Origin: Sedimentisphaerales bacterium
GTDB taxonomy: Bacteria; Planctomycetota; Phycisphaerae; Sedimentisphaerales; SM23-30
Strand: one strand, 5' to 3'
DNA: 64,000 nt
NCBI GenBank assembly: GCA_963666285.1
Contig: OY762711.1
Part shown: positions 50,590-58,209 of the stretch, in pieces
Numbering within the stretch: the stretch's first letter is position 1
Layout of the letters: every line of letters starts with the position of its first letter
Notes under the pieces: model-generated
Database searches by the model: none
What the model was told of the DNA's origin: nothing
What the model saw: the letters and a program-made list of their open reading frames with translations, nothing else
Translations under genes and position numbers: made by a program

Positions 50590-51933
50590 ATGAAAAAATT
50601 AAGTTTTTTATTAATATTGTGTTTTCTTGCAAGCAGTGTATGGGCTGACGATACAATCATATCCGCATCAGTCAGTTGCCGTACAGACAAACTTCAACCA
50701 GATACTAATCGTTCAGATTCAAGCAAACTTAGTATCCGGTCAGACAATGAAGCTGCAAAATCATGGATCAAGTTCGAAATTACCGATTTTGCTCCAGAGA
50801 CATATCGCAAAGCAATACTACGTCTGGCCTTGCAGGATCATGGAGAGACAGCATCAACCTTTAGCGTTTCAGCAGTAAATGACGACTATCTTGATAATAT
50901 CGTCTGGGCAGAAAGAGATATAACCTGGAATAATGCCCCAGCTAATGACACAGCCAGCCAGACAGATCTATTGCCTGGTACAACTACCCTTATGGGCAGC
51001 ATTTCATATCCGGATGGTACAGTTCAAGGCGACCAGTTTTATATCGATGTAACAGATGCGATACTAGCTGATACAGATGGTATAATACAGTTTGTTTTGC
51101 ATAACGGTTCAGGCTTGATCAATATTTGTACTCACGATCATAGTTTAGGTGCCGATGTATGGCCAACATTAATACTGACACCAAGACCGGCAGGAGCAGA
51201 TTACCCTGTTCCAGATTATGATGAAGTTGTAGCACCAACATTATCAGAGCTATCCTGGAAGAATCCTGATCCGAATGACGGAGCCAGCCTGATTACCTGC
51301 GATGTATACCTGACGACAGATCCAAATATGTTAACAATGGATATGGTTACCTTAGCGGCCGGTGAAAATTCGGTTGCTATAAACACAACAAACTTCCCGA
51401 ATTATGGTAACCTAGCTGATAATACCATGCATTACTGGAAAGTAGACTGTCATGATCCGAGTAGAGATAATATGATTCCGGGCGAACCATGGAATTTCTA
51501 TGTTGGTGCCCCTCCTGCAATTGATGCCGGTGAAGACCAGATATTGTGGCTTGACGGTGCTTCAGAAATAACTGTTAATCTTGACGGAACCAGTTCAAGC
51601 AGTACAACCTATACTGTTGAATGGACTCAAGTTACAACAGGTGCCCCTACAGTTGCTATTGCCCCTGCTGATGCTGATGATACATCGTTAACAATAACAG
51701 CTCGCGGTGATTATGAGTTTATGCTGACAGGTAATGACGGCATTCTTGTTGGCTCTGATACCGTTCGCATCGTGGTTGGTAATGATGCATGTGATGCATC
51801 ACATATTAATTTTGGTGATGCTTACAATGAAGCTGACCAGAATCAGGATTGTGTAGTTGATCTGCTGGATTTCGTGGCACTTATCGCCTCTGACTGGCTA
51901 GGCTGCACAGATACACTTACAAATTGTAATTAA
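50590..51933 (+). CDS. Secreted paralogue: one DNRLRE/CBM96-like domain, Ig/PKD-like domains, dockerin-like motif
   Basis: KLSIRSD..KSWIKFE..NDDY..ITWNNAP..DTDGIIQF; DAGEDQ; ADQNQDCVVDLLDF..DWLGC. Confidence 0.82.
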   Translation: MKKLSFLLILCFLASSVWADDTIISASVSCRTDKLQPDTNRSDSSKLSIRSDNEAAKSWIKFEITDFAPETYRKAILRLALQDHGETASTFSVSAVNDDYLDNIVWAERDITWNNAPANDTASQTDLLPGTTTLMGSISYPDGTVQGDQFYIDVTDAILADTDGIIQFVLHNGSGLINICTHDHSLGADVWPTLILTPRPAGADYPVPDYDEVVAPTLSELSWKNPDPNDGASLITCDVYLTTDPNMLTMDMVTLAAGENSVAINTTNFPNYGNLADNTMHYWKVDCHDPSRDNMIPGEPWNFYVGAPPAIDAGEDQILWLDGASEITVNLDGTSSSSTTYTVEWTQVTTGAPTVAIAPADADDTSLTITARGDYEFMLTGNDGILVGSDTVRIVVGNDACDASHINFGDAYNEADQNQDCVVDLLDFVALIASDWLGCTDTLTNCN

Positions 51934-51983
51934 TACCTCCTGTTCCAAGAAGTAATTAAATCTTAGAACAAAATTGTATTACC

Positions 51984-52017
51984 GGGCTCGTAAAGTAGAT
52001 TTACGGGCCCATTTTTT
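51984..52017 (+). terminator. Rho-independent terminator
   Basis: GGGCTCGTAAA..TTTACGGGCCC stem followed by a T-tract. Confidence 0.8.
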
Positions 52018-52039
52018 ATATGTGGAAAGCTATATACCA

Positions 52040-53890
52040 GGCAAGGGATGGAACAGACCTCGCTTCGCTCGGACCAGACATAGTCTGGACTAGGCCTCGC
52101 TTCGCTCGGAGACGAATTGAAATTGTAATGTCTAATAACCGTTCATTCTGAACGGAAAGGCCAGTGACAAATCGTTTTAATATTCTGTTTTTATTGAGCG
52201 TTGTTTATGTTTAAGACGAAGTTTTCGTCGTTGTTATGTTTTAACGAGAGCTGATTTTTGCTGGTAATCATTTTTTGTTGGCTCTCTACTATTGGAAGGT
52301 ATGTCGAAAGTGCGCTGATTTTATGGGTGGGATGGTTGGTGTGGAAATTTGTAAGGTGTTGGGGATAAGCGGGATAAAATTTTTGAAGATTTTAGATTTT
52401 CGCGTTTTGGTGGTTGTAAAAACGCGGTGATTTTTTCGAGAAAATCAGTGGCCAGGAATCAGGTTTCAGGTGCCAGGGAAGGTTGCTCGCTACCGATCGC
52501 GGGTAATTGATGGATGTCGGGAGGTGTGTGGGATATAAACGAGGCAGCGCGGCGGTGGGACGGCGGTGAAAAGGGTAACGGATTTGAGCGGCGGGGAATT
52601 GCGGGCTGCGGGCAGTATACGGCGGAACGTTGAATGGGTGCGGCGGTATACGGACGGGAACGGAGCGGAGACGCGGGAGGCAGGTAAAAAGTAAGAGGTA
52701 AGAGGTAAAAGGTGAGGTGTCTTGTACCGTACGGTACAGGACCTTATTTTAAGCGGCTGACGCCTTAAAAAAAGAGAACCACAGATGAACGCAGATGCAC
52801 ACTGATAAAGAAAGAAATGGAAAGCGTTTCTGAAGTATCAAGTATAAAGGATAAAGTATAAAAAATCAAGAGAGCTTGTCAGCAGCGAGTTGCCAGCGAC
52901 CAGCAACCAGCGGTCAGTTAAGAGGAAATACGTGCCGAGCGACGGAGGTCGCTGAATAGTTGACAGGAGAAAAGGAGAACAGGCAATCAGCTACGAGCTG
53001 CGAGCGGTCAGCTGCCAGCAGATAAAATTCGTGCTACGCACTCTGGCACATCATTGGATGAGTCCAATGATGTGAAGGAGTCGCTGACGCGACCTGTTTA
53101 AATAATGTGCCGAGCTTGTGCTCAGCGTTCCCAGGGGGAAAGAAGGTATTAGGTGTTGGGTATTTGGTATTAGGAAAGGTAACGGCTTCGCCGAGGCTAA
53201 TTGATATATAAGTGAGAGTATTGGGGTGAAGGATGGGTTAAAAAACGGAATGAAATTGAAGGGTGCGGAGATGTTATGCCGGGTGCGGGAAGAATAACGG
53301 TGGGCTGGGAATTTTGCGGGAATTGTTGTAAGTTGTTATTTTGGGTTTGTGGGCGGACCAGACAGGTGCCGTGAAGCGGCATCTGAAGTCTGAAGTTTGA
53401 AGTCTGAATTCTGAAAAGATGGTGTTCGCCTGGCGGCGAGCTACGCTAAATGAAAAATGAATAATTAAAAGTGAAAAATTAAGGTGTCCGCTTCGCGGAT
53501 GGCTTGTTTTAAATGGCTACCGCCGAACGACCGAAGGTCGTTAGAGATTAGAGCAGATGATAGTAGAACAGGCAATCAGCGACGAGCTACGAGCGGCCAG
53601 CGGTCAGCGGTCAGTGAAGAGGAAATACGTGCTGCGCACTCTAGCGGCGAGCGAACAGCAAGCAGCCAAGCTGCTAGAAATTATAATCTCGATGTGCAAC
53701 TGGATTTCGCTATGCTCAACAATTGGTACTCGTGGCGATGTTGGATTGGATGGAAAAAATATTATTCAGGAAGAATAAATCGGTTGCTCGCAGAGGCCGC
53801 AAAGCTCGCAAAGAATATTACTTGACCATGAAGGAAGTGAAGAGCTTGAAGAAAGAAGTTTAAATTAAGAATTCAAAATTAAGAAAACAA
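52040..53890. repeat. Non-coding mosaic of 7-nt tandem-repeat tracts, 9/10-nt triplets and GC-rich hairpins
   Basis: About ten distinct 7-periodic tracts, three 9/10-periodic triplets and more than ten short palindromes; G/A-rich + strand; no credible ORF. Confidence 0.85.
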
Positions 53891-53957
53891 TTGTCTGGTC
53901 CTGTGATAAGTTGTCACATTATAGATTTAATGTTTTAACAAATAACAGGAGACAACA

Positions 53958-54377
53958 ATGTTGGTAAGTAAACGAACTTATAATCGCTACAGCGAAGCCT
54001 TTAAATTACAGGTGGTAAATGATCTTGAATCTGGTAAGCTAAGCAGTATTTATGAGGCTAATTCCCGCTATGGGATTTCTGGTACAACAACAGTAAAGAG
54101 TTGGCTAAGAAAATATGGCCGTAACCATTTGATACCAAAGGTGATACGCGTGGAAAAACTAGATGAACAAGATCATGTAAAGAAGTTAGAATCAGAGATT
54201 AAGCAGCTTAAAGAAGCGTTAGCAGACAGCCATATAGAGAATATTGTAAGTGAAGCCAGGTTTCAGGTTATTTGTAAAGAATACGGGCTGGATCCCGAGG
54301 AGTATAAAAAAAAAGTCGATACCAAACGGTTCAACAAGCGTCCGAGGCAACCGTTGAAAAGAAAGAGGAAAAAATAG
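53958..54377 (+). CDS. IS3-family transposase OrfA (HTH)
   Basis: RYSEAFKLQVV..YGIS..TV.SWLRKYG; A9 slippery run at 54306-54314. Confidence 0.9.
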   Translation: MLVSKRTYNRYSEAFKLQVVNDLESGKLSSIYEANSRYGISGTTTVKSWLRKYGRNHLIPKVIRVEKLDEQDHVKKLESEIKQLKEALADSHIENIVSEARFQVICKEYGLDPEEYKKKVDTKRFNKRPRQPLKRKRKK

Positions 54378-55150
54378 CGATAACTTCCTTATGCAAAGCT
54401 GTTGGCATGAGTCGTCAGAATTATTATAAATCACATAAAGTTCGGCGCAGGCGGCACTATGAAAAAGACCTGATAATATCTTTGGCCAGGCTGGAAAGAT
54501 CATTGCAGCCTGAGATGGGTTGCAGAAAGGTTTTGAAGCGTATAAAGCCCAAACTGGCAAAAGCCGGTATTAGTATAGGGCGAGATAGATTTTATGAAAC
54601 GATGTCAGAAGCAGATATGTTGATAGAGCGTAAAAAGCGAAGTGTGACAACGACAGACAGTCGTCATAACTTTAAGACTTATAAGAATATACTGAAAGAT
54701 GAAGAGCTTACAGGAGCCAATCAGGCCCTGGTAAGTGATATAACGTACATATATACAGATGAAGGATTTATGTATCTGTCGTTGATAATGGATGCATTTA
54801 GTCGCAAGATAGTTGGCTATGACTGTAGTGATAGTTTGGAAGCAGAAGGTTGTTTGCGTGCATTAACAAAGGCGATAAAGCAATTGCCCAAAGGTAGTAA
54901 TACGATACATCATTCAGATCGTGGCAGTCAGTATTGCTGCCATAGATATATAGATAAGCTTAAAAGAAATGGGCTGCGAGTTAGTATGACCGAAGATAAT
55001 CATTGTTATGAGAATGCCCAGGCCGAGAGGTTAAACGGTATATTGAAGCACGAGTATGGATTGAAGAATACGTTTAAGAAAAAAGCTCATGTTCATGCTG
55101 CGGTTAAACAGGCGATAGAACTGTATAATACCTATAGAAACGGAAAGTGA
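54308..55150 (+). CDS. IS3-family transposase OrfB (DDE), expressed by -1 frameshift; C-terminus appears truncated
   Basis: -1 frame open from 54308; LCKAVGMSRQNYY, SDITY, HHSDRGSQY, ENAQAERLNGILK.E; ends YNTYRNGK with the stop inside IRR. Confidence 0.85.
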   Translation, partial: KKSRYQTVQQASEATVEKKEEKIAITSLCKAVGMSRQNYYKSHKVRRRRHYEKDLIISLARLERSLQPEMGCRKVLKRIKPKLAKAGISIGRDRFYETMSEADMLIERKKRSVTTTDSRHNFKTYKNILKDEELTGANQALVSDITYIYTDEGFMYLSLIMDAFSRKIVGYDCSDSLEAEGCLRALTKAIKQLPKGSNTIHHSDRGSQYCCHRYIDKLKRNGLRVSMTEDNHCYENAQAERLNGILKHEYGLKNTFKKKAHVHAAVKQAIELYNTYRNGK

Positions 55151-55291
55151 CAACTTTAAATCAGGACTTGACAAATTGAAAAATAACCTCTCCATCAATA
55201 ATCTTTAATAAATTATGCCATGACAAAAATGCCAGGCTTAAACATATCTCTATATGTACCGACAGGTTAAACAAATACACGCCAATAATTA

Positions 55292-56254
55292 CTACTTTAA
55301 ATCTCTACCAACAACTAGCACATTAGGTAAATTTTCTTTTAAATATTGATAACCATGCTTTGTGATACCTGTCCTACTAATATTTAAGCTACCAAGCTTA
55401 GGAAAAGAAATAAGATTCTGTATTGAATTATCCGTTATCTTGGTGCCATCTAATGACAGATTTTCTAATTTTTTAATCCCTATTAAATGCTCAACTCCAA
55501 CGTCTGTTAGATTGGTATCACTTAGTTTTAATTTATACAGTTTTTCTAAATTCCGCAAATTTACAATTGCATCATCATCAATTTCCAAATTGGAAACAAA
55601 CAACTCTTCAATATTTTGGAAATTAAATATTTTTTGCATTCCACTATTTGTTACTTGCGTACCAGAAATCCTTAATGCTTTAAGCCCTGTAGTTCTACTT
55701 AACATTTCCTCCAAAGCAATATCACAAAAGTTTGTTTCATTTGCATTCAAACAACTCAAAGCGTATAAAACTTTATCTAATTTCAAGACACCTTGCGAAG
55801 AAATATTGTTTTTTGACAAAGCTAAATCGTTTAGATTATGAAGATTGCCTAAATAAACTAATCCTTCATCGGTAATCATATTACCATCTAACCATAGCGT
55901 ATCTAAAGACTCAATATTTCCTACATGTACCAAACCTTCATTATGTAAACTCACATTATCTAAATCCAGTAAATATATATTAACATTTTGAACTAATTTT
56001 AAAGCATCTTCATCAAACTGTGAGTCATGCAGGAAAACTGATTCAACCTTATTTAATTTTGAAATCACTTCAAAAATGGTTTTATCAACTTGACAATTTT
56101 CTAAATGGATAGATCCAATAGCATAGTATTTTCTCCAGCCCGGCAAATCCCACATATCCGGTTCTTTGAGATTATGTATAACCTCAATATAACCACCGGC
56201 AGCTTCAACTGCCTTCCTAACTTCTTTTAAAACTTTTCTATCTTCCATATACAA
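55292..56254 (-). CDS. Leucine-rich repeat protein
   Basis: Repeated L..L.L....ITD.G...L units of about 24 aa; AT-rich; no signal peptide. Confidence 0.85.
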   Translation of the reverse strand: MYMEDRKVLKEVRKAVEAAGGYIEVIHNLKEPDMWDLPGWRKYYAIGSIHLENCQVDKTIFEVISKLNKVESVFLHDSQFDEDALKLVQNVNIYLLDLDNVSLHNEGLVHVGNIESLDTLWLDGNMITDEGLVYLGNLHNLNDLALSKNNISSQGVLKLDKVLYALSCLNANETNFCDIALEEMLSRTTGLKALRISGTQVTNSGMQKIFNFQNIEELFVSNLEIDDDAIVNLRNLEKLYKLKLSDTNLTDVGVEHLIGIKKLENLSLDGTKITDNSIQNLISFPKLGSLNISRTGITKHGYQYLKENLPNVLVVGRDLK

Positions 56255-56484
56255 CTAAGCCCTAATTATCTCTCTTTGTAAAACCATATATTTCTGAGTG
56301 ATAATGATAAGGGGAAAATGGGAACGGGTCAAATGGTATTTGTAAGGTGTTTGGATGTAGGCAGATTAAGGTGAAAATACCAAACTTGGTTAAAAGGTGT
56401 GCCATGATTGACTTTTGGGAAAGTGAGGCTAATAATAATTTTACGGTTTTTTTTGGAATAATTTTAGCTACAGGAGATTATGTA

Positions 56485-58029
56485 ATGTTTAAGTATGGTT
56501 ATTTCATATGGTTAATTGTAACATTAATATCAGTTATAAGTTTTGGTGCGAGCTGTCCGCCGCTGGATTTCGAGGAGCTGCCGTTAGATACGGCAGTTAC
56601 AAATCAATATACGGGCGTGACATTTTCGGTTCAACCACAAAGCTGCGTCGGTTCGCCAAAGCTTTATATGCGAGTTAAAGAGCCGACATCAGGCGGGACA
56701 TCATCAGGCGACAATGCGTTGATAATCGATACCGGTTGTCCTGATTTCAGCAGTGATTATCTCAGGATGGATTTTCAGCAGCTGCAGAGAAGTGTGAGCT
56801 TCTTCCTGGGAGCGATAGACGGCGGCAGCGGCATAGCATATAATGTTCGCAGCTATGACTCAAACTATACATTACTATCGTCAGTAATATACGTGAGCAC
56901 AACCGGGGTAAATAAGCTGGTAACCGTAGATAGTGATGATGGAACATTTAAGATAAAAAGGATCGAAGTGGAGTCAACTATTGGATACTGGGAGGCCATA
57001 GATGACCTGGTGTATGAGATGCCGGTAAATGTGATAATCGATTCTCCGACATTTCTCGAAACGGTCTGCGAGGAAGTAGACATCTACGGGATAGCCTGTT
57101 ATGGGTCAGGCGAAGATAAACTGGAATATTTGAAATGTACCGACCCGCCCGGAACGGACTGGACGCTGGTAAAAGAATATCATAACCCGGTATGCAGTTC
57201 AGGTTTATTGTATACCTGGGATACGACCGGTTTGGACCATGGCTATTATTATGTAAAAGTTACGGCGACTAATAGCTGTGGGTATTCGGCTTCCAATACG
57301 GTAACTGTTTTTGTCGATAAGCTTTTTAATACGGTTGAGATCCAATATCCCCAGCATAAAAGCATAAAAGGCGGTAACGCCCTGTGTATTTACGGTACAG
57401 CCTGGGATAACCATAGTTTCGATGAGTATACAGTTGACTACAGCGAGGATGGGTCAACATGGATGCCGGTAGATGCCGGTTCGCCCAGCTACAGTTCATC
57501 GAAGATCAATGAACGGCTGGCAACCTGGGACACAACCAGTTTGGCTGACGGTATATACCAGATAAAGGTAACCGGCGTGGATGAGTGCGGTAATGCAGAA
57601 GATGAGACATATAAGATCATAATTGATAATACTGTGCCGGTAGTAGATATCAGCAATCCATCCCCCTGCGATACAATAATCGGACCGGTAACGGTAAAAG
57701 GGATAGCGTATGATGACAATATAAGCAGATGGGTTCTTCAGTACACAGGCGGACCGTATGATGGCTGGGTAACCCTCGCGAGCGGTACAAGCAGCGTGTG
57801 GAAAGATACACTGGCAGTAATCGATACTTCAGGCTGGGACCCCTGCTGTTATACCCTGCGTCTGCGGGTATGGGACCAGGCACAACTTAACTGCATGAGT
57901 GATGATTATAATTATAATGAATACCTGGTATCGTTCAAGGTTGGATATATTGCAGATATTAACAATGACGGAAGGGTTGATATGGCAGATTTCAGATACC
58001 TGGCGGAACAGTGGCTGCTGGGAACTTAA
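56485..58029 (+). CDS. Secreted protein with three Ig-like repeats and C-terminal dockerin-like motif
   Basis: AGGAG RBS, ATG 56485, signal peptide; WDTT.L..G.Y...VT repeats; ADINNDGRVDMADFRYLAEQWL. Confidence 0.8.
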   Translation: MFKYGYFIWLIVTLISVISFGASCPPLDFEELPLDTAVTNQYTGVTFSVQPQSCVGSPKLYMRVKEPTSGGTSSGDNALIIDTGCPDFSSDYLRMDFQQLQRSVSFFLGAIDGGSGIAYNVRSYDSNYTLLSSVIYVSTTGVNKLVTVDSDDGTFKIKRIEVESTIGYWEAIDDLVYEMPVNVIIDSPTFLETVCEEVDIYGIACYGSGEDKLEYLKCTDPPGTDWTLVKEYHNPVCSSGLLYTWDTTGLDHGYYYVKVTATNSCGYSASNTVTVFVDKLFNTVEIQYPQHKSIKGGNALCIYGTAWDNHSFDEYTVDYSEDGSTWMPVDAGSPSYSSSKINERLATWDTTSLADGIYQIKVTGVDECGNAEDETYKIIIDNTVPVVDISNPSPCDTIIGPVTVKGIAYDDNISRWVLQYTGGPYDGWVTLASGTSSVWKDTLAVIDTSGWDPCCYTLRLRVWDQAQLNCMSDDYNYNEYLVSFKVGYIADINNDGRVDMADFRYLAEQWLLGT

Positions 58030-58144
58030 TAACACGAACTTACCTGTGGCTAATTTGAGAGGTATCGTTGGGCACAAGGCGAAGAGTTGCTAAAGCAATT
58101 GATAATATAAGGTACTTCACAATATAATAACAAAGACATGTATT

Positions 58145-58183
58145 AAAAAAGGTCTGGCCCGTTACACAAACAGGTCAGACCTT
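58145..58183 (-). terminator. Terminator of the giant RTX-like gene
   Basis: AAGGTCTG..CAGACCTT stem with an A-tract on + (T-tract on -). Confidence 0.65.
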
Positions 58184-58209
58184 GTATTTTACATATCAGG
58201 ACACATTTG

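Larger units (their letters stand above)
53892..55173 (+). mobile_element. IS3-family insertion sequence (1282 bp)
   Basis: IRL TGTCTGGTCCTGTGATAAGTTGTCAC (53892-917), IRR GTGACAACTTTAAATCAGGACTTGACA (55147-173), TG..CA ends, 3-bp AAT target duplication. Confidence 0.93.

Noticed and set aside
46931..51933. Diversity-generating retroelement explanation for the repeated domains
   Set aside because: Copies differ at all base types, not adenine-specifically, and no reverse transcriptase is present
53197..53825. ORFs 53197-53382, 53484-53825 and 53557-53778
   Set aside because: Translations of repeat tracts, low complexity, no recognisable motifs
52040..53890. CRISPR array interpretation of the repeat mosaic
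   Set aside because: No constant 23-50 bp repeat with regular spacers and no cas genes in the window
58025..58075. attC-like hairpin ending GTTGGGC
   Set aside because: No matching RYYYAAC box, weak stem, single instance
52000..58100. Replication origin or terminus suggested by the local G-rich + strand
   Set aside because: Skew judged by eye only and appears local; no DnaA-box cluster or dif site recognised
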